This document shows, one piece after another, positions 35,791 through 47,656 of a stretch of DNA of 47,692 nucleotides. Every line of letters begins with the position of its first letter. Position 1 is the first letter of the stretch. The notes under the pieces were generated by a model. The model was not told the origin of the DNA. It did not search any database and saw nothing but the letters and a program-made list of their open reading frames with translations. Made by a program: the position numbers and the translations under genes. The DNA is from Octopus bimaculoides (Eukaryota): positions 69,964,196 through 70,011,887 of the forward strand of contig NC_068988.1 in the NCBI RefSeq assembly GCF_001194135.2, read 5' to 3'.

Positions 35791-36084
35791 AAGCACTGAC
35801 AGGTCTGCCCTAGGGTACGAAAGATGTATGAAAATATATGCATGCACTTACAGCAGAATGAAAATAAAATAAAATAAAACCTATGCAGACATATAGTCAT
35901 GCATGCATGGCTATGTTTCTGCATAAGTTTTCTTGCATCTTATCTTTATTCTGTTGTAAGTGCATGCATATATTTGCATACATTTTTAATACTTTATGAC
36001 AGACATTTCCATAGGCATCAGCATTAACTTTCTCACTGATAATGCCTGTATGTTCTGAAAATATCATTTTCCCATATTATCCAG

Positions 36085-36127
36085 GTACACAACTCAGAGG
36101 CCATCACATCTTAAAGCAGAAACAGCT
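36085..36127 (+). CDS. Candidate 43-nt exon
   Basis: CATTTTCCCATATTATCCAG|GTACAC...ACAGCT|GTAAGC with a strong donor. Reads YTTQRPSHLKAETA or TQLRGHHILKQKQ. Confidence 0.4.
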
Positions 36128-36429
36128 GTAAGCTAATGAAGTTCATTACATAACCTTTATTTTATCCCAGTGTCGTCTCTTTGTTTTCTGTTACCACTCA
36201 ATACGCGTCTAACATTGTGTACTGGACCATACATATATTGAGTTCTACACCAGGTTATTAGTCTCGCAAAAAATAGGCTGGAAAATATCACATGACATAA
36301 CAGGAGATAAAACCTCAAAGAAAAAAAGGTACTATCATAAATTTATAATAGTTACTGGAAATAACTACTTTCTGAAATATAATTTATGACCAAAGCCTGT
36401 ACCTATATATACACACAGAACTATATAGG

Positions 36430-36466
<37 letters not shown>

Positions 36467-36539
36467 NNNNNNNNNNNNNNNNNNNNNNNNNNNNNNNNNN
36501 NNNNNNNNNNNNNNNNNNNNNNNNNNNNNNNNNNNNNNN

Positions 36540-36578
<39 letters not shown>

Positions 36579-37039
36579 TATATACCTATGTGTATCTAAA
36601 ATGTTTTCATCAACTTTGAAAGCTTTCAATGACACTTTTTCTTTTCTTTGATGTAATAAATCATGGATGAAGCCATTTTTATAATTAAAATAAGATAAAA
36701 GTATTGAGATTTTTATGACATGATGAATATAAAGAAATGTCTTTTTATAAAATATAACAGAACATTATAACACACAAAATGGAAAATACATAAAACATTG
36801 ATAATTTTCCTTTTAATTTCTAATGAATAGTCACTAAGAATATTTACACAGTTAATTGAGTGCAGCAAGTAATTAATTAAAGTGTGGGATAACTGAGGAA
36901 CAAACTATATGTGATCATATGTTGCTCTGGACGCCAGATTGCTGTTTAACTCTGGGTCATCTATAATCAGGTTAACACAATTTATCATTTTTTTTTTTTG
37001 CTCAAGGAAAGGGTTGCATGCACGACTTTCACAGTCTTC

Positions 37040-37490
37040 CTCAGACTGGTGAAATTGATGTTGTTAATGTTCTTCATGAAAAGTTAACAGTAGACAGCTA
37101 AGTATGTAGGGAAACAATTTGCGGTGTGTCCCTCTGGGGAGGAAGAAATATGTGAAGTCTTTAGTGAGGGTCCTGGAGTGTAACATTATAGGAATAACGA
37201 GAGGTGGAAAGTGAGAGAGCTGCCATTGAATGAGTAAAAGTGGCACAAAAATCAGTCTGTTTCAAAGAGCAGACCCCTTATAGTAGCAGTAAAAACACAC
37301 AGAGAGCAAACAGTGTATCTGAGCCAAATTTGAAGTGTGTTGGTAAACAATTTTTTGCCAGCCAGTTGGATAGCATCTCTTTGGATGAGACACAGGATGC
37401 CAGGATACGTAGAAGCAGCATTTTGGGTATGGGAACAGTATTCTACAGTCGGTTTCATCTGAATCTTGTTGAGAGTTAGAAGTTGTTAGG
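37040..37490 (-). mobile_element. CR1/Jockey-superclade LINE 3' ORF fragment
   Basis: MKPTVEYCSHTQNAASTYPGILCLIQRDAIQL..FTNTLQ..RYTVCSLCVF, then SRT..FTYFFLPR. This matches the P.LEYCSH.W...L.RIQ..A and SRT..F..SF.PR C-terminal pattern. Confidence 0.7.
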
Positions 37491-37584
37491 CATTAAAGTA
37501 TTTTCTGACTGTATAGAGTAAGGCTAAGCAGTGGTGGTTGACAAACACAGACACAAAGCGCCATTCGTGTATATATATATATAT

Positions 37585-37746
37585 ATATACTACAGGCTTC
37601 TTTCAGTTCCTGTTCACGAAATCCACTCACAAGGCTTTGGTTGGCTCAAGGCTTGTAGAAGACACTTGCTCAAGATGCCAGACTGTGGGACTGAACCTAG
37701 AATCATGTAGTTGGGAAGCAAGCTTCTTATCATACAGCCACACCTG
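37585..37746 (-). mobile_element. SINE-B 5' half
   Basis: CAAATCCACTCACAAGGCTTTGG-type motif..GTAGAAGACACTTGC..GGGACTGAACC-type motif..GTTGGGAAGCAAGCTTCTT. Confidence 0.75.
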
Positions 37747-37768
37747 CGCGCACACACACACACACACA

Positions 37769-37800
<32 letters not shown>

Positions 37801-37802
<2 letters not shown>

Positions 37803-38012
37803 AGGTGGCCCAAAAGTAGGTTTACAGTTATTCAACTATCTCTTTTGCATTCATATATTAACAGTTTAGATCTTAATTATAAAAAAATATGAAACCATTA
37901 TTCTATGCTGATTTAGTTAATTGCAAGATAGAAATTTAATTGTAATAGAATATTTTAAAAAAAATTTGAAGTGCCTGCGTGACAACTGTAAACCTACTTT
38001 CAGGCCACCCTG
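37801..38012. mobile_element. Tc1/mariner-type MITE, 212 bp
   Basis: 29-bp TIRs CAAGGTGGCCCAAAAGTAGGTTTACAGTT / AACTGTAAACCTACTTTCAGGCCACCCTG (3 mismatches), with TA on both sides. Confidence 0.9.
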
Positions 38013-38980
38013 TATATATAATGTATCCTCACTGATGTTGAAGCAGGGCATTTAAATCAGTACAGAAGTGTCTAGTTAGGTGCTGTACTATGTTTTGAAT
38101 GAGAAGGGTGGGTAAGGGGCAATAATTTTTTTTGGCAGTGACTGTCTTTTTGTTGTTTGAATGTCAATGCTTCAAACATTCAATCATCCTTGTATTGTTC
38201 CTCAAGCATAATGCAACTTGTATGCACTGAAACTTGAATGCATTATCAGAATCTATCTATATAGGTCATGAAAATGTTAACTACACAATCTTTCAAGACT
38301 GTATTGTTAAACTGACGATAACACAAAATGTTCAGAACAAGAACATTTTTTTTTTAAATAATGCTATCTCTGTAGAAAAGAGTTGTTTTTATTTCTCTGG
38401 ATTATTGCTTCAAACTCTGTTTTCCCATCTGCAACCACGTCTGAAAATAACTAGAATAGATCCCATAATAATTCACTAAGAAGATTATATTTATAAATCA
38501 GCTGAACTTTGAGGATAGGTTGAAATGTGTCACAGCTCCTCTGTTAATTATGTATAGAGGAGAGATATACAGTAACCTGCATGGGAAAAATTTTCAATAT
38601 CTGTTGATATATTTACAAGTTGAAAACAACACAATCCTTCACACCAACAGACATTGCACACTGGCAAAACTGTTATAATTATATTTCCAGATAAAGATTG
38701 AATTCAACAACACTGGACCCATGAGACCTCATATTTTCAGGATTCTTTCATTAAGTGCAAACATTAGGTCAATGTTGAATAGATTTTGGCAAATTATGTT
38801 AGATCAAAGCTAAACTAACAACATCTCAGAGAAAATGCAGTTGTGGACAACAACTTCAAACAGCTCTATATTATCAAATACACACACCCATCAAAGAAAT
38901 ATATCAAAATGGATGGCAGTGTTCCTGCAAAGCTGTCACCAGAATAATGAAATCATTGCATGCAAAAAATACATTCTGAG

Positions 38981-39016
<36 letters not shown>

Positions 39017-39056
39017 CAGATAGATAGATAGATAGACATATCGATGATATACACAT

Positions 39057-39455
39057 AGGCGTTGGAGTGACTGTATAGTAAGTAGCTTGCTTACCAACCA
39101 CATAGTTCCAGGTTCAGTCCCACTGCGTGGCACCTTGGGCAAGTGTCTTCTACTATAGCCTTGGGCTGACCAAAGCCTTGTAAGTGGATTTGGTAGACGG
39201 AAACTGAAAGAAGCCCGTCATATATATGTATATACATGTATGTGTGTGTATATGTTTGCGTGTCTGTGTTTGTCCCCCACAACATCGCTTGACAACCGAT
39301 GCTGGTGTGTTTATGTCCCCGTAATTTAACGGTTCAGCAAAAGAGACCGATAGAATAAGTACTAGGCTTCCAAAGAATAAGTCTTAGGGTCAATTCGCTC
39401 GACTAAAGGTGGTTCTCCAGCATGGCCACAGTCAAATGACTGAAACAAGTAAAGA
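39057..39455 (+). mobile_element. SINE-B, full length, with internal (TA/TG) microsatellite
   Basis: B-box-like GGTTCAGTCCC, CACCTTGGGCAAGTGTCTTCTACTATAGCC, and tail CCAGCATGGCCACAGTCAAATGACTGAAACAAGTAAAGA. Confidence 0.85.
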
Positions 39456-39544
39456 GTATATATGCACACATATACATACACACACACACACATACACACA
39501 TGGAGATGTGCACACACACATTCACACACATTTACATTTACCTA

Positions 39545-40140
39545 TCTATCTTTTACTTGTTTCAGTCATTAGACAGTGGTCATACTGGGGTACTGCCTTG
39601 AAGAATTTTTAGTTAAATGAATCAAAACATGTAGTTTTTCTTTTTTAAGCCTAGTATTTATTCTATTGATTTCTTTTGCTAGGCCACAAAGTTACAGGAA
39701 TGTAAATACACCAACACTGTTTGTCAAGTATATATGTGTGTTTGATGGGCTTCTGTTAGTTTCATATTTCTTTATTGCCCACAAGGGGCTAAACATAGTG
39801 GGGACAAACAAGGACAAATAAAGAGATTAAGTCAATTACATCGAGCCCAGTACTTAATTTATTGACCCCGAAAGGATGAAAGGCAAAGTCAACCTCAGTG
39901 GAATTTGAACTCAGAATGTAATGGCAGACAAAATACCGCTAAGCATTTTGCCCGGCGTGCTAACATTTCTGCCAGCTCGCCGTTTTTTGTTAGTTTCTGT
40001 TAGTTTATGTCTACCAAATCAACTCACAATGCTTTGCTGAGCCAGAGACTATAGTAGAAGACACTTGCCCAAGATGCCATACAGTGGGACTGAACCCAGA
40101 ACTATGTGGTTGAGAAGCAAACTTCTTACCACATAGCCAC
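39545..40140 (-). mobile_element. SINE-B interrupted by a nested SINE-A (about 39765-39982, minus strand)
   Basis: SINE-B tail (39545-39762) and head (39995-40140) are split by SINE-A. TTCTGTTAGTTT is duplicated at 39751-39762 and 39995-40006. Confidence 0.8.
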
Positions 40141-40403
40141 AATCTTTTCTTTAATAAGTAATAGAAATACAAGTAAAATTTTCAGAACCAAAATGTGTAT
40201 CTGTTACATGCAATAAACAATATCTTCAAAATAATAATTTCATGCAGAATTTATATGATTCAAACTCAAGTAACAAGCTGCAGACAGAACTGCATCAGCC
40301 CCCAATGTCAGTTTTGGAATGTTTTCTATGGTTGGATGCTTTTCTAAATGATATATCATCAGCCAAGTGCCCACCCTTTGACTAGGGGTTGGCTTGCCAA
40401 GAC

Positions 40404-40605
40404 TCATCATCATCATCATATAATATTCACTGCCCATGCTGGCATGGGTTTGATGGGTTGACCAGAGCTATTAAGTTAAGGAGCTGCACCAGACTCCAGT
40501 TTGATCTGGCATGGTTTCTACAGCTGGATGCCCTCCCTAACACCAATCACACTGAGAGTGTAATGAGTGCTTTTACGTGCCAGTTGCGTGAAACCAACAT
40601 CTGCC
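40404..40605 (-). mobile_element. RTE-type LINE 3' UTR fragment
   Basis: (CAT)n...CCATGCTGGCATGGG...TCTGGCATGGTTTCTACAGCTGGATGCC. Confidence 0.7.
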
Positions 40606-40627
40606 ATGACTATGATTTTATTTGGTT

Positions 40628-40699
<72 letters not shown>

Positions 40700-41626
40700 A
40701 GCAGATGAGATCCAGAGATGCTCACTATAGAAAACACTTAGTAGCACTCAAATGATTCAAACTTACACTCCAAAATCTTTCCCAAGGACTAAGTCCACTG
40801 GGTAAAGAGTGGATATAAGAGGAATCTGAGTGAGCAGATATGGAGATAAAGATGCCAAAAAAAAAACAAAACAAATAAAACTGCTTGGGTTAGATATAAA
40901 AAATATACATACATATATACATGTAAATAGAGAGAAAATAAAGACTGAAAATATTTAGACAATGAATATTCATGTATAAATATGTAGATATTTATATATT
41001 AACAGAGCAAACTCACACAGAGTACAAAGGCACAACACACGCACACACACATACACACACACACATACACACACACACACACCCACACACACACACACTT
41101 TCATATGTCATGATCATCACCTTCATTTAAAATATTGGAATGAGTTTGACAAGACATTTCCATTCAATTCAGTGCCCTCATAGACTGATGCTCATATGTT
41201 TCATTCTGGTTTGGCTGTTTCTGTTACCATCCACTTTACTGAGCATATTGAGTGTATTTTGTCATGCCATCAATTCTAGAGATGATTTTGTTTCCTAGAA
41301 AAACAAAACTGTGTGCCCTTTAACTATGTGGCTTCTTTCTATCCACAATCACCAACCACTTCACAAAGTTTACTGGGTATATTTTATTGTGGCACCAACA
41401 ATAAGATTTTCATATCCTCAACAAAGGAACAGCACAATGCTTTCTATGCTCATTTGGTTCATTGTTATGGAGTTTGCTTCATAAGCATGCAGTTTTGAGT
41501 TCTAGACAAATGTGTGGTGCCAAGAGGAAATATTTTCTGCTACATCATCAAGCCAACAAGTACCGAAATACAGACTGAGGGCAATTGGTAGACAGAAACT
41601 GTATGGAAGACTATACTTTTATTCTT

Positions 41627-41790
41627 TTTTTCTTTTACTTGTTTCAATCATTTGACTGTGACCATGCTGGAGCACCACCTTAAAGGAGTTTTTGTCAATG
41701 AAATCTACTCCAGGACTTATTTTTTGTAAGCCTAGTACTTATTTTGTCAGTCTCTTTTGCTAAACCACTATGTTACGGGGATGTCAAGCG
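41627..41790 (-). mobile_element. SINE-B 3' half
   Basis: CTTTTACTTGTTTCAATCATTTGACTGTGACCATGCTGGAGCACC...CCTAGTACTTATT. Confidence 0.7.
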
Positions 41791-41867
41791 ATGGAGGCGA
41801 GAGACAAACAAAGAAACACACACATATATATACACACACACACACTCACATATATACATAAGTATAT

Positions 41868-42445
41868 CATCATCATCATCATCGTTTAACGTCCGCTTTC
41901 CATGCTGGCATGGGTTGCACGGTTCGACTGGGGTCTGGGAAGTGAGGAGGCTGCACCAGGCCCCAATCTGATCTGGCAGTGTTTCTACAGCTGGATGCCC
42001 TTCCTAATGCCAACCACTCCGAGAGTGTAATGGATGCTTTTTACATGCCATCGACAACGGTTGGATGGTGTTTTTTACATGCCGCCGGCACGGAAGCCAG
42101 TCAAAGCAGCACTGGCATCAGCCACGTTCAGATGGTGCTTTTTACATGCTACCAGCATGGGGCTCACAACTACAATTTCCATTTGATTTGATTTTGATAT
42201 TGCTGTTAATGTTGATGTACTTGACTCAATAGGTCTCCTCAAGCATAGCATGTCACCCTATGATCCAAGGTACTTTCGAGTGGGCTGGTTATGCGACACT
42301 GGTGTAGGTTACAGCTGTGGACTCATTTTATTTGCCAGGTTTTCTCAGTCATAGCATACCTCAAGAAGTCTCAGTCTTTTGTCATTGCTTCTGTGAGGCC
42401 CAATGTTCAAAGGTCATGCTTCACCACCTCATCCCATGTCTTCCA
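41868..42445 (-). mobile_element. RTE LINE 3' end: ORF2 C-terminus, 3' UTR and (GAT)n tail
   Basis: Minus frame KTWDEVVKHDL*TLGLTEAMTKD*DFLRYAMTEKT, contiguous with the UTR seen in the other copies. Confidence 0.8.
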
Positions 42446-42457
42446 GATGAGTGAAAT

Positions 42458-42952
42458 AGAAACTGCTACAGGTTTGTGACAGAAGGGCTCCTGGCCACAA
42501 AGCAATGTCTCAATATGTTTCCATGCAACCCATGCCTGCATGGAAATATGGATGTAAAACTAATATATGCAGGAACACACTAACACACATATATACACAG
42601 AGGCAGGCATGGCTTGTGGTAAGAAGCTTGCTTCCCAACCACATGGTTCCAGATACAATCCTACTGTGTGGCACCTTGGGCAAGTGTCTTCTACTATAGC
42701 TATAGCTTCAGTTTCCATATACCAAAGCCACTCACAAGGCTTTGGTCAGCCTGGAAGCATGTGGTTGGGAAGCAAGCTTCTTGCCACACAGCCATGCCTG
42801 CCTCTGTATATATATATATATGTGTGTTAGTGTGTTCCTGTATATATTCGTTTTACATTCATATTTCCATGCTGGCATGGGTCGCATGGAAACATATTGA
42901 CACATTGCTTCGTGACCAGGAGCCCTTCTGTCACCAACCTTTACCAGTTTCT
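42458..42952. repeat. 495-bp fold-back: arms 42458-42652 and 42751-42952, 98-nt spacer
   Basis: Arms align end to end with about 13 substitutions, a 1-nt indel and a (TA)n length difference. Confidence 0.95.
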
Positions 42953-43424
42953 CGAGTTAATGATTGTTTTTATTTCACTCATCTTTAAAAGCAGAGAGCT
43001 ACAAACTGTATTGTTTACAAGTAATGTAAACATCACATCACTCTTTTGCTCATACAGTGTCATGTAAAAACATGGAATATAAAGTCAGGCAAACATAAAT
43101 GTGTGTAGGTGTATGTATGCATATGTGTATAAGTGAAAATGTATGTGTGATCATGAGTTTGTATGCAAATGTTAATGTTCTGTGTCTTTGCATGACACTG
43201 TCTGAGGACAACTGTGACGTCATGTTTACATGTCCTATAAACAATACATTTTGTAGCTCTTTGCCTTCAATGATGAGTGGGATAAAAAAAAAAATTTCTT
43301 AATTCATAACCAGGCAAGGATCAGATCAATGACAGATGGGCTTCTGGCTACCAAACACTACTTTGATAAGTCTCCATCCATCCCATGCTAGCACAGATGA
43401 ATGGAAGTAAAATGAAGGAATGAA

Positions 43425-43462
43425 CACACACACACATACACACCCACACACCCACACACACA

Positions 43463-43503
<41 letters not shown>

Positions 43504-43566
43504 ATACACACATGCACATTCACACACACACACATACACACACACACATACACATACACGCATGCA

Positions 43567-43605
<39 letters not shown>

Positions 43606-43795
43606 ACATTATCATTTTGTCCCCATGTTTTTGTATATTTCAGGACTACATTATACAATATGCACATAGAAAATGAATGCTAGACTGATGATGATGATAC
43701 GCATTCACACACACACACACAGACACACACACACACATACACACACACACGCACGTACGCATGCATGCACGTACGCGCATGCGTGCACACACACA
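43425..43795. repeat. (CA)n-rich compound microsatellites; a similar (GT)n block at 45010-45200
   Basis: Direct inspection. Confidence 0.95.
43644..43683 (+). CDS. Candidate terminal exon ([10 protein letters not shown] or [12 protein letters not shown])
   Basis: TTTTTGTATATTTCAG|GACTAC acceptor, phase-compatible with 36085-36127 in both frames. Confidence 0.2.
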
Positions 43796-44237
43796 GAGGC
43801 ATAATTTTTCTCTCAAACTTGTGTCTCTCGACTACAAGCTAAATTATTCAATTAATTATGTTATCTGGCATGTGAAACCTTGCTGAATGCAATATATAGT
43901 TGAAATAGCTATGTAGAAGTACCGAGACAATCAAATATAATTAAAACAAAGAAACAAATTCAATTATTTACTGCTAATGTGATTGAATATCTAATTTGTT
44001 GATTGATTTATTTTATCATTAGTTAAAAAACAAAAATCCAGCATAATGGATAATTAAAATGCTTTAAAAGATTTTGATCGAAATAAAATATAATTTGGTA
44101 TTGAACTGAATTCTTCAATTCATTATCATTGAATATTATGTGAGGATATTGTTAAACCCTGATGTGTTTTCTCTTTACACTTTTGTTATTATATATTTTG
44201 AACAGGATTATATTTTTACTTCTGTTTTCATTCTTAG

Positions 44238-44249
44238 TGTTCAACCGAG
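44238..44249 (+). CDS. Candidate 12-nt microexon (TGTTCAACCGAG)
   Basis: Strong tract TTTTTACTTCTGTTTTCATTCTTAG| and donor GAG|GTATTC. Frame-preserving length. Confidence 0.3.
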
Positions 44250-45128
44250 GTATTCCTCCTTACACTAGAGTAATGATGCAATACAGTTTGTAGAAAATGA
44301 CAGGCTTGATATTTTAATAAATCTGATTCATTACATCTCTAGTTTTGTTGTTTTTCGATATCTACTGTCAGATGGTTTGGAGGAGTTCTATACACTGTTT
44401 TTCATTTGCTAATTCATAGATGAATTAAATTATTTCCTGCTAATTTAACAGCATGTCTAATTTATTGAATGACCATAGTGTTTTGAAACCCATATAAACT
44501 AGAGAACATGGACATTTTGTTAAAGCCAATACAGCTGGAATTCAGTTTTGAGTTTTTCAGTGTAATAGTTTGAAAGGAGGTTTTCTAAATAGACAATTTC
44601 CAGAAGTGCATTGTTCTGAGAATAAGGAAATAGCAAAGTGTTTAGTGTATAATTTGGATGATAATGGATTGCATGGATGATTTCTTCATCTCATCGATTC
44701 CTAACATCACACTCAAAGTCTGAAATTAGAGGAGTTAGCAGAGATGATTTGAATGCAGAAAATATAGATTCAACCAAAAATAAAACACAGAATAAATTAA
44801 TACAGTGTTTTCTTTTAGAATAAACACCGACTGGGAATATGTAATCTGTGCTTGCTCCTGGCAGGTTATTTTAGCAGTAACAAATAGCAAAACCAAAATT
44901 GTAGATACAAAATGATTTCAATTTCGGAGTTAAGAAATGTTGGCTAAAATACTGGGAAAGAATAGGGAACAAAAATAAACACAGTATGCTACAAGGAGTG
45001 GTGATAGCTTGTGTGTGTGTATGTGTGTGTGTATGTATGTGTGTGTGTGTGTATGTGTGTGTGTACACGTGCATGCATGTGCGTGTATGTATGCATGTGT
45101 ACATGCAAGAGTGTGTGTGTGTGTGCGC

Positions 45129-45172
<44 letters not shown>

Positions 45173-46050
45173 ATGCATACATACATGAGAGTGTATGTGT
45201 ATATATGATGAACTTGTTGACTTGCAAGTGGGTCTTCAAATGGATATGTGCATAGAGCATGGATATATGTGCGATGGTATGATGTAATGATTCAGTTAAT
45301 ACCTACTTTCAATAAAGCCAAACTAGAAAGAATTTGAATTACAGATCTCAAGAGCAACCTGTTCTGCTATGACAGCATGTATAGAATACCTTATTCTGTT
45401 GATGAGAGTGTATATGTGATCTGCACTTCAGATTTGGAAATGAGCCATATTTTGCTGCTGTAACAAGTGCTCTGGATGAGTCACTACTGTCAATCACACT
45501 TGTTGTTATACCAATATACTAATGAGATTTTGTGAGCTATGAGAAGTAAATAGACACTTTGGAACTGAAACTTTAAAAAAATAAGACAAGTTGAAAATGA
45601 ATTTGAGGTGAAGTTCATCCTGTGTCCATAAAAAAAGATGTGTTAGAAATATGCAACTATTTTCTTGTCATTTCAAAAATGTTTGCCAAATCAAAATAAG
45701 CAACACCATTGTTGCTGACTTCATTTAGAAATAATTAAGAAAATTTGACAACATTCACTGTAGTCTGTTACAAACACTGGCCTCAGACTTAGTGAAAGGA
45801 AATCAAAATTATGATTAATTCTGAAGACAGAGGAGGGATGAATCTTACAAGCGTTTAATATCAGATTTTATTCACCTTGGTTCTGAATGTAAATCATATC
45901 TTGGCTAAATTTTAACTTCTCATCATTTCACTACCAATAAAACTTTTAATCGTAATACAAGTGCATCTTTGCCATCAAAAAATGACAGGCGGTGCATTAG
46001 CATGGCTGCAGCACTGAGGTGAAACGATAAACAACAATAAACAACAACAT

Positions 46051-46214
46051 AGGCACAGGTGTGGCTGTGTGGTAAGAAGCTTGTTTCCCAACCACATGGT
46101 TCCAGGTTTAGTCCCATTGCATGGCACCTTGGGCAGTTGTCTTCTACTATAGCCTTGGCCCAACCAAAGCTTTGTGAGTGGATTTGGTAGACGGAAACGG
46201 AATGAAGCTTGTCG

Positions 46215-46245
<31 letters not shown>

Positions 46246-46439
46246 ATTTGTTTTTGTCCCCCCACCATCATTTGACAACCGATGTTGGTGTGTTAGTGTA
46301 ACTTAGCCGTTTGGCAAATGAGACCGATAAAATAAGTACTAGGCTTACAAAGAATAAGTCACAAAGTCGAATTGTTCAGCTAGAGGTAGTGCTCCAGCCT
46401 GGCCACAGTCAAGAGACTGAAACAAGTAAAAGAATAAAA
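46051..46439 (+). mobile_element. SINE-B, full length
   Basis: AGGCACAGGTGTGGCTGTGTGGTAAGAAGCTTG... through GACTGAAACAAGTAAAAGAATAAAA. Confidence 0.85.
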
Positions 46440-46642
46440 CTATATCTAAAATATAGGAAATTGCATTTTGACTCATGTCATTGTCCAGAAATCTTTTGTC
46501 ACACATCTGTGACCTCTTCACTGACACTTTCCATCCTTATGTGTGCTCCTGCTCCTCTTAGTCCATTCTGTTCAGAATGGACCAAGCAGAGCAGGAGCAC
46601 ACATGAGGATGGAAAGTGCCACTGAAAAGGTCACAGATAGGA

Positions 46643-47258
46643 AATTATACTTATTGGAGTAAAGATCGAATGTTGCTGTAATTTAGTCCCCGGAGCCATC
46701 GTCTCCAGCTGGTTATACAACATGATCTGTGTCCTTATATTTTCAAACAAGCTGGAGACAATGTCTCCTGGAGCTAAATTACAGCAACATTCATCCTAAA
46801 CCAGGACTACCATGTTATGTTGGTAAATAATCTTTATTTCAAAGTACTGTTGTTGAATATCTCTTGTTATGAGATTTAGAAATAGTACTTTTCTAATTTA
46901 TAGACCAGTGACTAGTTGTCACTTTGAAAACTATATATTTCGAATAGGAATTCGGCAGTGCCACCTTTAGCTGAACAAAGTTTCTGTGTTCATGAAGGGA
47001 AATAACCTGGAAATTGCGATACACAGATATTGTTTTGAGCTGAGTGGGGGTGCTAGATTCCCTTGTTCAAAAATGTAAGGACATCTGTGTGGTATATCCA
47101 GCCGGAGACGATGCGTCCTGGGGCTAAATTACAGCAACATTTGTCCTAAACTAGGACTGCCATGTTATGTTGGCAAATAATCTTTACTCCAAAGTACTGT
47201 TGCTGAATATCTCACATTATCAGATTTACAAATAATAATTTTCTAATTATACTTATTG
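46643..47258. repeat. Composite inverted plus direct repeat bounded by a 14-bp direct repeat
   Basis: AATTATACTTATTG at 46643-46656 and 47245-47258. Hairpin with 43-nt arms at about 46667-46791. Roughly 150-bp direct repeat at about 46750-46900 and 47100-47250. Confidence 0.85.
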
Positions 47259-47389
47259 TTCAACACAGATATTTATATGTAAATGTAAATTGGACAATTT
47301 TTTCTAGTTTTAATTTTTACAATTTTATAATTGTTATAATTTTTTTTAATAATTTTATTTTCATTTCTATTAGATTCCACTTATCTGTC

Positions 47390-47600
47390 CAATATAGCGT
47401 TTTTTCGATTTGGCTGCAATTGGTTTCTCTACCTCCATCCCCAGGATGCTGAACATAAAGAAGACATTTAGTTAACAGTGCAGGAGATTACTCCCAAAAA
47501 CCTTCACATGTTTTGCAAAGCTAAAGACAGATTTGAAATTTGCAAGGATACAACCGGAGCACATGCTGAAAATTTTCAATGAAGTTTTCTCATAAGGTTT
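47390..47600 (-). mobile_element. Possible hAT transposase C-terminal (dimerisation domain) relic
   Basis: Minus frames LKIFSM..YPC..SVFSFAKHVK loosely resemble the hAT (A)LK..SMF.STY.CE..FS.MK motif, but frameshifts are needed. Confidence 0.3.
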
Positions 47601-47656
47601 ATAAATCTATTTGTTTTGGTATCATAATTAAGTAATAAACATAAAATTCTGTCAGT

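Noticed and set aside
44400-44780. Possible second hAT C-terminal relic (MSMFSS-like motif, minus strand)
   Set aside because: The similarity is limited to a few residues with stops, too weak to call without an HMM search.
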